Counted from the first letter of the stretch, positions 37,753-47,580 are shown. The stretch: DNA of 64,000 nucleotides from Candidatus Fervidifonticultor secundus (GCA_031459385.1 JAVKIP010000008.1:89064-153063), one strand, 5' to 3'. Program-made: numbers and translations. Notes: a model not told the origin generated them from the letters alone.

Positions 37753-38787
37753 TTGATACGGCAGGCGATCCTGCGGGGGCCGCGAACACTGGACCTGGCG
37801 GAGGTGCCCCCGCCTGCGCCCGGGCCCGGCGAGGTCGTGGTGCGGGTGCGCGCGGCGCTTACCTGCGGGACCGACCTGAAGACTTTCCGGCGAGGCCACC
37901 CCCGCCTGCCGTTCGGGCCGTTCGGCCACGAGGCGGCCGGCGACGTGGAGACGGTGGGCGCGGGTGTGCGTCACGTGGCGCCCGGGCAGGCCGTGGTCTT
38001 CACGCCCACGGCCCCGTGCGGCGCCTGCGCCGCGTGCGGTCGCGGCCGGGAGAATCTCTGCGCGCACCTCTTCGATGCCATCGCCCTCGGCGCGTATGCC
38101 GACGCGATTCGGCTGCCGGCCCGGGTGGCCGCGCGGCACCTGTTCCCCAAGCCCGACGGGCTGGATTACGCCGAGGCCGCCTGCCTGGAGCCGCTGGCGT
38201 GCGTCGTGCACGGCTGGCGCCGCCTCGGCGCGACCCGCGGCGCGGTGGCCGTGGTGGGGCTCGGTCCCATAGGCCTGCTGTTCGTGCAGCTGGCAGCGGG
38301 CCAGGGGCTCGAGGTCGTGGCGGTCGGCCGCCGGCCGGAGGGACTGGCGCGCGCCCGCGCCTGCGGCGCCGCGCACACGGTCGACGCGGCTGCGGTGGCC
38401 GACGTGGGGGCGGCGCTGCGCGCGCTCGGGCGCCCAGACGGGCCGGAGGCGGTGATCGAGGCCACCGGCGCCCAGGTCGTGTGGGAAGCGGCCCCGGGCT
38501 GGGCGGCGCCTGGCGGCCGCGTGCTGCTCTTCGGCGGCCTGGCTGGCGGCAGCCGGCCGGCGTTCGACGCCGCACGCCTGCACTACAGCGAGGTGGACCT
38601 GATCAGCGCCTTCCACTACACGACCGCCGACGTGCACGAGGCGCTGGGTCTGCTGGCTGCACGCGCGATCCGCCCTGGCCTCCTGATTGCGGGGGCGCGG
38701 CCCCTGAGCAGGGTTCGCGAGATCTTCGACGACCTGGATCGCGGCGCGGGGGTGAAGTACGCCGTGATCCCCGACGGCGCGCCGTGA
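37753..38787 (+). CDS. Zn-dependent MDR polyol-type dehydrogenase 1 (NADP(H)-type signature)
   Basis: CGTD, GHE, structural CGACAAC..C, EPLAC, GLGPIG, VGRR at the end of beta-B; TTG start. Confidence 0.88.
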   Translation: MIRQAILRGPRTLDLAEVPPPAPGPGEVVVRVRAALTCGTDLKTFRRGHPRLPFGPFGHEAAGDVETVGAGVRHVAPGQAVVFTPTAPCGACAACGRGRENLCAHLFDAIALGAYADAIRLPARVAARHLFPKPDGLDYAEAACLEPLACVVHGWRRLGATRGAVAVVGLGPIGLLFVQLAAGQGLEVVAVGRRPEGLARARACGAAHTVDAAAVADVGAALRALGRPDGPEAVIEATGAQVVWEAAPGWAAPGGRVLLFGGLAGGSRPAFDAARLHYSEVDLISAFHYTTADVHEALGLLAARAIRPGLLIAGARPLSRVREIFDDLDRGAGVKYAVIPDGAP

Positions 38788-39815
38788 GGGCGACGCGGCC
38801 CGGCACGACGCAGGCTGTGGTCTGGCATGCCCCGGGCGACCTGCGCCTGGAAGACCTGCCGCTGCCGGCGCTGGGTCCCGGCGACGCGTTGCTGCGGATC
38901 ACGGCGTGCGGGCTGTGTCCGGGCGAGACGATGGACTGGTACATGGCCCGCAGGGCGCCGGCTGTGCTCGGGCACGAGGCCGTGGGCGTGGTGGTGGAGA
39001 CCGGTCCCGGCGCGGCGTGCGCGCCGGGCACCCGCCTGTTCGTGCACCACCATGCGCCGTGCCTGGTCTGCGCTGCGTGCCGGCGGGGCGCGCACGTGCA
39101 CTGCGCCGCGTGGCGGGCGCGCCGCCTGCTGCCCGGCGGCCTGGCCACCTACGCGGTGGCGCGAGCGGACGCCGTCGCCACGGACGCGCACGTCCTGCCC
39201 GCAGACCTCGATGACGAGACCGCCACGTTCATCGAACCTCTGGCGTGCGTGGTGAAGTCCCTGCGGCGCGCGCGCATGCGGCCGGGTGACCGCGTGCTGG
39301 TGCTGGGCCTGGGTGTGATGGGTCTGCTGCACCTGCTGGTAGCGCGCCGGCTCGGCCCCGCCGTGTTGATCGGCGCTGACCGCCTGGCCAGCCGCGCCGA
39401 GACCGCCCGGCCGCTCGCCGACGTGGTGGTCGATGCCAGCCGGGACGTCCTGCCCGATGCGGTGCGTGCGGCGACCGGCGATGGGGCCGACGTCGTGATC
39501 GTCGGGCCCGGCTCGGTGGAGGCGCTGGACGCCGGCGTGGCCTGTGCGGCGCCAGGCGCCACCGTGCTGCTCTTCACCCCGACGCCGCCCGAGGTGCGCT
39601 GGGCGCTGGCGCCGCACGATCTCTTCTTCAGAGAGATCAGCCTCGTGGCCAGCTACTCGGCTGGACCCGACGAGACCCGCGAGGCGGTGCGGCTCCTGGC
39701 GGCCGGGCTGCCGGTCCAGGGACTCATCACGCACCGCCTGGCGCTGGCGGATGCCGCGCGGGGCTACGCGCTGCTCCGCAGTGCGGCGGCGCTCAAGGTG
39801 GTGGTACGGCCGTGA
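38784..39815 (+). CDS. Zn-dependent MDR polyol-type dehydrogenase 2 (NAD(H)-type signature)
   Basis: CGLC, GHE, HHHAPCLVCAAC..HC, EPLAC, GLGVMG, IGADR; GTGA overlap with the previous gene. Confidence 0.88.
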   Translation: MRATRPGTTQAVVWHAPGDLRLEDLPLPALGPGDALLRITACGLCPGETMDWYMARRAPAVLGHEAVGVVVETGPGAACAPGTRLFVHHHAPCLVCAACRRGAHVHCAAWRARRLLPGGLATYAVARADAVATDAHVLPADLDDETATFIEPLACVVKSLRRARMRPGDRVLVLGLGVMGLLHLLVARRLGPAVLIGADRLASRAETARPLADVVVDASRDVLPDAVRAATGDGADVVIVGPGSVEALDAGVACAAPGATVLLFTPTPPEVRWALAPHDLFFREISLVASYSAGPDETREAVRLLAAGLPVQGLITHRLALADAARGYALLRSAAALKVVVRP

Positions 39816-40339
39816 CGCGGGCGCTCCGCGTGGGCAGCGCGTGCGAGGTGCCGTTCGTGGTGGCGGCGCGGCCGGGGGTGGCGCGCTTCGACCCGCGCAC
39901 CTTCCGCTGGCAGGGCGTCCCCGCCGCGGCCTACAAGGAGCAGACGGCCGGGCCGCTGGCCTGGCGGGGCGTGGAGCGGTTCGTGCTCATGGGGGGGCCG
40001 CAGGCGAAGGCGGCGTTCGAACTGCGCTACTTCGAGATCGCCCCCGGCGGGTACTCGTCGTGGGAACGGCACGCCCACGCCCATGCCATCGTCGTGGTGC
40101 GCGGACGTGGCCGCGTGCGCCTGGGGCGGCGCGTGGTCCGCGTGCGGCCGCTCGACTTCCTCTTCATCCCCGCCGGCACCCCGCACCAGTTTCGCGCCGA
40201 CGGCGAGCCGTTCGGCTTCCTCTGCCCCGTGGACGCGGTGCGCGACGCCCCGCGTCCGGCGGCGCGCTTGCGCGCCCTGCGCCGCCGGGCTACAATGCGG
40301 AGGAGAGCGGGAAGCCCCAGGGCCGGGAGGCGCGCATGA
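39812..40339 (+). CDS. Cupin resembling 1-methylthio-xylulose-5-P methylsulfurylase (Rru_A2000 type)
   Basis: FRWQGV....YKE, LRYFEIAPGG.S..ERHAHAH, HQFRA..EPFGFLC.V...RD.P; cupin identity is clear, the subfamily is from recalled motifs. Confidence 0.75.
   Translation: MTRALRVGSACEVPFVVAARPGVARFDPRTFRWQGVPAAAYKEQTAGPLAWRGVERFVLMGGPQAKAAFELRYFEIAPGGYSSWERHAHAHAIVVVRGRGRVRLGRRVVRVRPLDFLFIPAGTPHQFRADGEPFGFLCPVDAVRDAPRPAARLRALRRRATMRRRAGSPRAGRRA
40268..40296 (+). promoter_or_regulatory. Internal sigma70 promoter TTGCGC-N17-TACAAT for iscA-nfu
   Basis: Lies in the 3' end of the cupin gene, 40 nt upstream of the iscA ATG. Confidence 0.55.
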
Positions 40340-40707
40340 TCACCATTACGGCGCAGGCCGCCGAGAAACTCCACGAGCTCCTGCAGCAGCAGGGTGATCC
40401 GGAGGTACGGTTGCGCCTGTTCATCACCCGCGGCGGCTGCCACGGGTTCAGCTACGGGATGGCGTTCGACCGCGAGCGCCGGGCCGACGACCAGGTCGTG
40501 GCCCAGCACGGCGTCGAGGTGCTGGTGGATCCCGCAAGCCAGCGGCTCCTCGACGGCGCCCAGATCGACTACGTTCGGTCGATCGCGGGCGAGGGGTTCA
40601 CCGTCCGCAATCCCAACGCCGTCGAGACGTGCGGGTGCGGCCACTCGTTCCGGCATCGCGACGAGGCCGGCGAGCCCGATCCCTGCGACGACGCGTCGCA
40701 GAACTGA
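40336..40707 (+). CDS. iscA: A-type Fe-S carrier (IscA/SufA/ErpA, HesB family)
   Basis: GGCHGFSY, NPNAVETCGCGHSF. Confidence 0.92.
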   Translation: MITITAQAAEKLHELLQQQGDPEVRLRLFITRGGCHGFSYGMAFDRERRADDQVVAQHGVEVLVDPASQRLLDGAQIDYVRSIAGEGFTVRNPNAVETCGCGHSFRHRDEAGEPDPCDDASQN

Positions 40708-40724
40708 GCGCGAGGAGGCTGCGA

Positions 40725-40991
40725 ATGACCACCGGGGCTCAGGTGTCCGACCAGGACCAGACCCTGCGCGGGCGCGTCGAGCGGGTGCTGGACGCGATTC
40801 GTCCCTACGTGCAGGGCGACGGGGGCGATATCGAGCTGCTGGACATCACCGACGACGGGATCGTCCAGATCCGGCTGGCGGGCGCATGCGTCGGGTGCAT
40901 GTACTCCATGATGACGCTGCAGGCCGGGATCGAGCGCATGCTCAAACAGGAGATCCCGGAGCTGCGCGCCGTGGAGGCGGTGCCCTTCTAA
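40725..40991 (+). CDS. Nfu-type Fe-S carrier (NifU C-terminal domain)
   Basis: IRPYVQGDGGDIEL, GACVGC, TLQAGIE. Confidence 0.92.
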   Translation: MTTGAQVSDQDQTLRGRVERVLDAIRPYVQGDGGDIELLDITDDGIVQIRLAGACVGCMYSMMTLQAGIERMLKQEIPELRAVEAVPF

Positions 40992-41031
40992 CCCGTCGGG
41001 AGCAGGTGTCCGCTCGGGCCCCGAGGGCGTT

Positions 41032-41049
41032 GCCCCTGCGGGGCTTTTT
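41032..41049 (+). terminator. Intrinsic terminator after nfu
   Basis: GCCCC-TGC-GGGGC followed by TTTTT. Confidence 0.65.
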
Positions 41050-41076
41050 CGTCGGAGGCGGGTGGAGGATGGGAGC

Positions 41077-42570
41077 ATGAGCGCGGAGGAGGCGGGCAGC
41101 CGGGTCCCCACGGCACCGTCGTGGACCCGGATCCTCAAGAAGCTGGACGACTACCGGTGGGAGATTCCCACGAGCTACAAGCCGGGCATGCGCGTGCCGG
41201 GGCTGATCTTCGCCAGCGAGCGCATGATCCGGCAGATGGGCGAAGAGCAGGCCTTCGAGCAGGTGGCGAACGTGGCGACGCTGCCGGGCATCGTCGGCCG
41301 GTCGCTGGCGATGCCGGACGTGCACTGGGGGTACGGGTTCCCGGTGGGCGGCGTGGCGGCGTTCGACGAGGACGACGGCGTGATCTCGCCCGGCGGGGTC
41401 GGCTACGACATCAACTGCGGCGTGCGCCTGATCCGCACCGACCTCACCGAAGCCGACGTGCGTCCGCGTCTGGAAGACCTGGTGGCCACGCTCTTCCGCG
41501 CGGTGCCCTCCGGCGTCGGCGTGGGCGGGAAGGTCAGGGTCAGCATGCAGGAGATCGACGACGTGCTGGCCCGCGGCGCCCGGTGGGCGGTGGCGAAGGG
41601 CTACGGGACCCCCGACGACCTGGAGGTCATCGAGGCCGGGGGCGCGCTGGCCCAGGCCGACCCGGCGCAGGTCAGCACCGAGGCCAAGCAGCGGGGCCGC
41701 GGGCAGATCGGGACGCTGGGCTCGGGCAACCACTTCCTCGAAGTGCAGGTGCTGGATCAGGTCTTCGACGCCGCGGCCGCCCGGGTGATGGGCCTGGAGG
41801 AGCCCGGCCAGATCGTGATCTTCATCCATTCGGGATCGCGGGGGTTGGGGCATCAGGTCTGCACCGACTACCTGCGGGTGGCCGAACGGGCGAACCGGCA
41901 GTATGGCATCCACCTGGTGGACCGGCAGCTGGCGTGTGTGCCGCTGCGGTCGCCCGAGGGACAGCGGTACTTCGGCGCGATGTGCGCCGCCGCCAACTTC
42001 GCGTGGGCCAACCGCCAGTTGATGACGCACTGGGTGCGCGAGAGTTTCCAGCAGGTCTTCGGGAAGTCGTGGGAGGCCCTGGGGATCCGGCTGGTCTACG
42101 ACGTGGCCCACAACATCGCCAAGATGGAAGAGTACGAGGTGGACGGCCACCGCCGGCGCGTCTGCGTACACCGCAAGGGCGCCACGCGCGCGTTCCCGCC
42201 GGGCCACCCTGAGGTGCCGCCGCGCTACCGGGCCATCGGCCAGCCGGTGCTCATCCCCGGCGACATGGGCCGGTATTCGTTTGTCCTGGTGGGCGCGCCG
42301 GGCGCCATGCAGGAGGCGTTCGGGTCCACCTGCCACGGGGCAGGGCGCGTGCTGGGCCGCAAAGCCGCCGTCCGCCAGCTCGCGGGCCGCAACATCGCCG
42401 ACGAGCTGCGGCGGCAGGGGATCATCGTGCGGGCGCAGGATCCCCACCTGCTGGCCGAAGAGGCCTCCGCGGCCTACAAGGACGTCGCCGATGTGGTGGC
42501 GGTTTGCCATGCGGCCGGGCTGAGCCGCCGGGTGGCGCGCCTGCGGCCCATCGGGGTCATCAAAGGGTAG
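41077..42570 (+). CDS. rtcB: RNA ligase RtcB (long, archaeal/eukaryote-like type)
   Basis: [48 protein letters not shown]. Confidence 0.96.
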   Translation: MSAEEAGSRVPTAPSWTRILKKLDDYRWEIPTSYKPGMRVPGLIFASERMIRQMGEEQAFEQVANVATLPGIVGRSLAMPDVHWGYGFPVGGVAAFDEDDGVISPGGVGYDINCGVRLIRTDLTEADVRPRLEDLVATLFRAVPSGVGVGGKVRVSMQEIDDVLARGARWAVAKGYGTPDDLEVIEAGGALAQADPAQVSTEAKQRGRGQIGTLGSGNHFLEVQVLDQVFDAAAARVMGLEEPGQIVIFIHSGSRGLGHQVCTDYLRVAERANRQYGIHLVDRQLACVPLRSPEGQRYFGAMCAAANFAWANRQLMTHWVRESFQQVFGKSWEALGIRLVYDVAHNIAKMEEYEVDGHRRRVCVHRKGATRAFPPGHPEVPPRYRAIGQPVLIPGDMGRYSFVLVGAPGAMQEAFGSTCHGAGRVLGRKAAVRQLAGRNIADELRRQGIIVRAQDPHLLAEEASAAYKDVADVVAVCHAAGLSRRVARLRPIGVIKG

Positions 42571-42580
42571 GACGAGGATC

Positions 42581-43750
42581 GTGCGCGCGTCCCCTTCGAG
42601 CCTCGCCGCCGACGAGCAGCGCCTCATCGCGCAGACCGTGCGCGCCTTCGCGCGGGAGGTGCTGCGCCCGCAGGCCGCGGCGTGGGACCGCGAGGGGCGC
42701 TTTCCGACCGAACTCGTCCCGCAGCTGGCGGAGCTGGGGCTGCTGGGGATGGTGGTGCCGGTGGCATACGGCGGGGCGGGGCTCGACCTCACCGCGGTCA
42801 TCGCCGCCATCGAGGCGCTGGCCTGGGGCGATGCCGGCGTGGCGCTGTCGGTGGCCGCCCACAACTCGCTGTGCTGCGGGCACCTGGTGCTGCACGCCAG
42901 CGAGGCACAGAAGCGCCGCTACCTGCCGGCCCTGGCCACTGGCGCGATGCTCGGCTCGTGGTGCCTGACCGAGCCGGCGGCGGGCAGCGACGCGGCCGGC
43001 ATCCAGACCCGTGCGCGGCGGGTGGGCGAGCGCTGGGTGCTGAACGGGACCAAGGTGTTCGTCACCAACGGCAGCCTGGCGGGTCTCTACGTGGTGATGG
43101 CCGTCACCGATCCGGGCGGCGGGCGCAGGGGCATCAGCGCCTTCATCGTGGAGCGCCAGACGCCCGGGCTGGAGGTCGGCCGCACGGAGGACAAGCTCGG
43201 CGTGCGCAGCAGCGACACCGCGGAGGTGCGGTTCGCCGACTGTGCCCTGCCCGCCGAGGCCCTCATCGGAACAGAAGGCGACGGCTACCGGCAGGCCATG
43301 GAAGTGCTGGACCGCGGGCGCATCGGCATCGCGGCGCTGGCCGTGGGGCTGGGCCGGGCGGCGCTGGACGCCAGCCTGGCGTACGCGACGCAGCGCAGGG
43401 CGTACGGGAAACCCATCGCGGAGCTGCAGGCGATCCAGTTCATGCTGGCCGACATGGCCACCGAGCTCGACGCCGCCTGGCTCCTGACCGAGCACGCCGC
43501 GGCGCTGGCCGACCGCGGCGAGCCGCACCGCGTCGAGGCGTCGATGGCCAAGCTCTTCGCCTCGGAGGCCGCCGCCCGCGCCACCGCCCGCGCCGTGCAG
43601 ATCCACGGGGGGTACGGGTTGACCAGGGACTACCCGGTGGAGCGCTTCTACCGCGACGTGAAGCTCACCGAGATCGGTGAGGGCACCAGCGAGGTGCAGC
43701 GGGCCATCATCGGCCGCGAGGTGCTGCGCCGCCTGGGAGGCAGGGCGTGA
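42581..43750 (+). CDS. Acyl-CoA dehydrogenase
   Basis: [34 protein letters not shown]. Confidence 0.93.
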   Translation: MRASPSSLAADEQRLIAQTVRAFAREVLRPQAAAWDREGRFPTELVPQLAELGLLGMVVPVAYGGAGLDLTAVIAAIEALAWGDAGVALSVAAHNSLCCGHLVLHASEAQKRRYLPALATGAMLGSWCLTEPAAGSDAAGIQTRARRVGERWVLNGTKVFVTNGSLAGLYVVMAVTDPGGGRRGISAFIVERQTPGLEVGRTEDKLGVRSSDTAEVRFADCALPAEALIGTEGDGYRQAMEVLDRGRIGIAALAVGLGRAALDASLAYATQRRAYGKPIAELQAIQFMLADMATELDAAWLLTEHAAALADRGEPHRVEASMAKLFASEAAARATARAVQIHGGYGLTRDYPVERFYRDVKLTEIGEGTSEVQRAIIGREVLRRLGGRA

Positions 43751-45588
43751 CGTCGCCGTTCGCGGCGCGGCTGGCCCGGGGGCCTCTGCTGGCAGACGGC
43801 GCCATGGGCACGATGCTGTACGCGCGCGGCGTGCCCGTCGATCAGTGCTTCGAGGCGGTCAACCTCAGCGATCCTGCCCTGGTCACCGGAATCCACCGGG
43901 CGTACCTCGACGCGGGCGCCGAGCTGCTGGAGACCAACACGTTCGGCGCCAACCGGCTGAAGCTCACCGCCTATGGGCTCGCCGACCGCGCCGCCGAGAT
44001 CAACGCGGCCGGCGTCGCCATCGCGCGCGCGGCCGCGCAGGCAGCAGGCCGGCAGGTCTGGGTCGCAGGGTCGATCGGTCCGCTGGGCCGCTCACTGGCG
44101 CCTATCGGCACCGTGACGGTCGAGGAGGCGGCCGAGGTCTTCGGCGCGCAGGCGCGGGCCCTGGCCGGTGCCGGTGCCGACGTGCTGGTGCTGGAGACGT
44201 TCGCCGACCTCCGGGAGCTGGAGACGGCGGTACGCGCGGCGCAGGCCGCCACTGCCCTTCCCATCATCGCAGAGATGACGTTCGGGCCCGATAGCCGGAC
44301 GCTGCTGGGACATCGGCCGGAGGAGATCGTGGCCCGGCTGGAACCGCTGGGCGTGGCTGCCATCGGCGCCAACTGCAGCGTCGGGCCCTACGGCATCGTG
44401 GAGGTGCTGGAGCGCATGGCGGCCGTGGCCAGCACGCCGCTGGTGGCGATGCCCAATGCGGGCCTGCCCACCATCGTCGGCGGGCGGCTGGCCTATGTGG
44501 CGTCCCCGGCCTACATGGCCGAGCACGCGCGGGCGCTGGTGGACCTGGGCGTGGCGATCGTCGGCGGCTGCTGCGGGACCACGCCCGAGCATATCGCGGC
44601 GATGCGCGCGGCGATCAGTGGCCGCCCGCCCGGCCCCCGGGCCCGGACCACCGCGCGCGCGGCCGCCCCGCCGCCTCCTGCGCCACCGCCGGCGCCGCAG
44701 GGTTCGCTGGCGCAGAAGATCGGGAAGCGCTTCGTGATCACGGTGGAGGTGACGCCGCCGCGGGGGGCCTACGACGCCGAGGCCCTCGAGCACTGCCGGC
44801 GGCTGCGCGCCGTGGGTGTGGACGCCATCGACGTGGCCGACAACCCCATGGCCCGCCTGCGCATGAGCCCCTGGGCCATGGCGGCGCGCATCGAGCGCGA
44901 GGTCGGGGTCGAGACGATCCTCCACTTCACGACGCGCGACCGCAACCTGGTCCGCCTCCAGTCGGACCTGCTGGCCGTGCACGCGCTGGGCATCCGGACG
45001 ATCCTGGTCCTGCGGGGCGACCTGCCACAGACCGGCGACTACCCGCGCGCCACCGCCGTGGCCGACGTCCATCCCTCGGGCCTGGTGCGCCTCGTCAAGG
45101 GCTTCAACAGCGGTCAGGACGTCGCCGGCAACCCGATCGGCACGCCGACGAGCTTCCTGGTCGGGGTCGCGCTCAACATGGCCGCGCGCGATCCGGACCG
45201 GGAGTTGCGGGCGCTGGAGCGCAAGCTGGCCGCGGGCGCCGACTTCGTCTGCACCATGCCCATCTTCGAGCTCGCCACCCTCGACCGGTTCCTGGCCCGC
45301 GTGGGGCAGCTGCCAGTGCCGATGCTGGTGGGCGTGCTGCCGCTGCACAGCGCCCGGCACGCCGAGTTCCTCCACAACGAGCTGCCGGGCATGGTCGTGC
45401 CCGACGCGGTCCGGGCGCTCATGCGGCAGACGCGGGACGGGCGCGAGGCCGGTCTCCGCCTGGCGCGCGAGCTGCTGGCCGCACTGCGCACCCGCGTGGC
45501 GGGCGTCTACCTGGTGCCGTCGTTCGGCCGCTACGACCGCGTGGTAGACCTGGTGGCCGAGGTGCGGGCGGCGTCGCCGGCCCGGTAG
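43747..45588 (+). CDS. yitJ: Bifunctional homocysteine S-methyltransferase / methylenetetrahydrofolate reductase
   Basis: DGAMGT, TNTFGAN, GANC, GGCCGT; MTHFR half RDRN, AEFLHNE.PG. Confidence 0.92.
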   Translation: MTSPFAARLARGPLLADGAMGTMLYARGVPVDQCFEAVNLSDPALVTGIHRAYLDAGAELLETNTFGANRLKLTAYGLADRAAEINAAGVAIARAAAQAAGRQVWVAGSIGPLGRSLAPIGTVTVEEAAEVFGAQARALAGAGADVLVLETFADLRELETAVRAAQAATALPIIAEMTFGPDSRTLLGHRPEEIVARLEPLGVAAIGANCSVGPYGIVEVLERMAAVASTPLVAMPNAGLPTIVGGRLAYVASPAYMAEHARALVDLGVAIVGGCCGTTPEHIAAMRAAISGRPPGPRARTTARAAAPPPPAPPPAPQGSLAQKIGKRFVITVEVTPPRGAYDAEALEHCRRLRAVGVDAIDVADNPMARLRMSPWAMAARIEREVGVETILHFTTRDRNLVRLQSDLLAVHALGIRTILVLRGDLPQTGDYPRATAVADVHPSGLVRLVKGFNSGQDVAGNPIGTPTSFLVGVALNMAARDPDRELRALERKLAAGADFVCTMPIFELATLDRFLARVGQLPVPMLVGVLPLHSARHAEFLHNELPGMVVPDAVRALMRQTRDGREAGLRLARELLAALRTRVAGVYLVPSFGRYDRVVDLVAEVRAASPAR

Positions 45589-45594
45589 CGTGTC

Positions 45595-46359
45595 GTGACC
45601 CGCGACGTCGGCGTCGAAGGCCACCGCCGGATCCGGGCGCCCGTGCAGCGGGTCTGGCAGCTGCTGGCGCGGCTGGAGTCCCTGCCGCGCTACTCGTCGC
45701 TGTGGATGGCCGCGGACGTGCTCGAGCGCTCCGGCACCACCGCGCTGGTGGAGTTCCGCGGCTTCCTGGGCGGGCTGCCCGTGACCTCGCTGCAGCGCGT
45801 GACGCTGCGCGCGCCCTCCCGGCTCGAGTTCCGGCAGGTCCGCGGCGAGCTGCTGCAGCTGTCGGGCAGCATCACGCTGCGGGAGGCTGACGGCGAGACC
45901 GACGTGCGCTACCAGATCGCCGTCGAGCCGGGCATCCCGCTGTTCACCGAAGCGTCGGTGCTGCAGATCCTCGCCGCGCACACAGACGTCCTGCTCGCGC
46001 GCCTGAAGGCCGCCGCCGAGCGCGACCTGGTGCGGGTCGTGGTGCGACGGCGGGCCGGCGCGCCGGCTGCAGGCGCGCTGGCCGGGCTCGAGCCCGAGGC
46101 AGAGGCCGACGACGAGGAGACAGACCAGGCCCCGGCCGCGCCGGAGGCCGCCACCGCGGCCGGCGACCAGGAGGCAGACCGTGCGGGTGCCGCACAGATG
46201 GCCGGCGCGCCCGCGGACGCCGCGCAGGCGACCGCGCCTGCGCCCTCCGGCGAGGGCACCCCGCGTGGTCCCGGTGACCAGCGCCGCCGCCGGCGGCGCC
46301 GCCGGCGACGGCGGCACGCGCCGCCCCGGCAACCGGCCGGTCCGCAGCCCCCGCCGTAG
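45595..46359 (+). CDS. SRPBCC/START-like protein with an acidic linker and poly-Arg tail
   Basis: IRAPVQRVWQLL..E..P.Y, RLEFRQVRG..L.G; tail DQRRRRRRRRRRH. Confidence 0.7.
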   Translation: MTRDVGVEGHRRIRAPVQRVWQLLARLESLPRYSSLWMAADVLERSGTTALVEFRGFLGGLPVTSLQRVTLRAPSRLEFRQVRGELLQLSGSITLREADGETDVRYQIAVEPGIPLFTEASVLQILAAHTDVLLARLKAAAERDLVRVVVRRRAGAPAAGALAGLEPEAEADDEETDQAPAAPEAATAAGDQEADRAGAAQMAGAPADAAQATAPAPSGEGTPRGPGDQRRRRRRRRRRRHAPPRQPAGPQPPP

Positions 46360-46377
46360 CCCGCTGGCTTTCCCCGA

Positions 46378-46386
46378 TGCTAGACT
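46378..46386 (+). promoter_or_regulatory. Extended -10 (TGCTAGACT) upstream of mrp
   Basis: TGnTAnnnT about 55 nt upstream of the ATG. Confidence 0.45.
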
Positions 46387-46442
46387 GAGACCGGCGGCGC
46401 CGGCCAACAGGGTGTGCCCGGCCTGCGCCAGGAGGCGGAGCA

Positions 46443-47555
46443 ATGTTCGGTCGCCAGTTCGGTCCCACGCGCGAGCAGGTACTCGACGCCCTGCGCGACG
46501 TGCAGGATCCCGAGCTCCACAAGAGCATCGTCGAACTCGACATGGTCCGCGACGTGGCCATCGCCGATGGCGTGGTGCAGGTGGACGCCCTGCTGACGAT
46601 CAGCGGCTGCCCGCTGCGGGAGACGATCGTCGAGGCGATCCGGGACCGCATCCGCGTCCTGCCTGGCGTGCGCGACGTCGACGTCCGGCTGGGGGTCATG
46701 ACGCAGGAGCAGCGCCAGGCGCTGATCGCCAGGCTGCGCGGCGGCGAAGGCGCGGCGCAGCGCAGGTCGTCGTTCCTCACGGCGTCCTCGCTTACGCGGG
46801 TCGTGGCCGTGGCCAGCGGGAAGGGCGGCGTCGGCAAGTCGACGGTCACCGTGAACCTGGCCGTGGCCCTGGCCGATACCGGCCGGACCGTGGGCATCAT
46901 CGACGCCGATGTCTACGGCTTCTCCATCCCCCGCATGCTGGGCGTGACCGGACGGCCCACCGCGATCGACCAGATGCTGATCCCCCTGGAGCGGGACGGG
47001 ATCCGCGTCATGTCCATCGGCTTCCTGCTGCCCAACGAAGAGGAAGCGGTGGTCTGGCGCGGTCCGATGCTCCACAAGGCGCTGGTGACCTTCATCCAGG
47101 AGGTCCACTGGGGCGACGACCTGGAGTACCTGTTCATCGATCTGCCGCCGGGGACGGGCGACGTGTCGCTGTCCATCGCGCAGACGCTGCCCCAGGCCTC
47201 GATGCTGATCGTCACGACCCCGCAGCCGGCCGCGGCCAGCGTGGCTATGCGCGCGGCGAAGATGGCCGAGAAGGTCAACATGGACGTGGTGGGCGTCATT
47301 GAGAACATGACGGGCTTCACGCCCGCCCCGGGCGCGGCGCCCATCGATCTCTTCGGCCGTGGCGGCGGGCTGCGCCTGGCCGAACAGCTGGGCGTGCCGC
47401 TGCTGGGCGAGATCCCGCTGGACGTGGCGGTGCGCGAGGGCGGCGACGTCGGGGAGCCCGTGGTGCGCGGCCGCCCCGACAGCCCCGCCGCCCTCGCGTT
47501 GCGGGAGGCGGCCCGGCGGCTCGCGGAGCGCCTGCCGGCAGCCGCGCCGGCGTAG
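46443..47555 (+). CDS. mrp: Mrp/ApbC Fe-S carrier ATPase with N-terminal DUF59 domain
   Basis: DPEL..SIV, GCPL, SGKGGVGKST, WRGPM, DLPPGTGD, ENM. Confidence 0.95.
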   Translation: MFGRQFGPTREQVLDALRDVQDPELHKSIVELDMVRDVAIADGVVQVDALLTISGCPLRETIVEAIRDRIRVLPGVRDVDVRLGVMTQEQRQALIARLRGGEGAAQRRSSFLTASSLTRVVAVASGKGGVGKSTVTVNLAVALADTGRTVGIIDADVYGFSIPRMLGVTGRPTAIDQMLIPLERDGIRVMSIGFLLPNEEEAVVWRGPMLHKALVTFIQEVHWGDDLEYLFIDLPPGTGDVSLSIAQTLPQASMLIVTTPQPAAASVAMRAAKMAEKVNMDVVGVIENMTGFTPAPGAAPIDLFGRGGGLRLAEQLGVPLLGEIPLDVAVREGGDVGEPVVRGRPDSPAALALREAARRLAERLPAAAPA

Positions 47556-47580
47556 GAGGGCCGCGGAGGGGACGCGGGCG

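Noticed and set aside
40336..40991. Selenocysteine recoding in HesB/Nfu proteins
   Set aside because: All expected Cys positions are ordinary Cys codons; no in-frame TGA.
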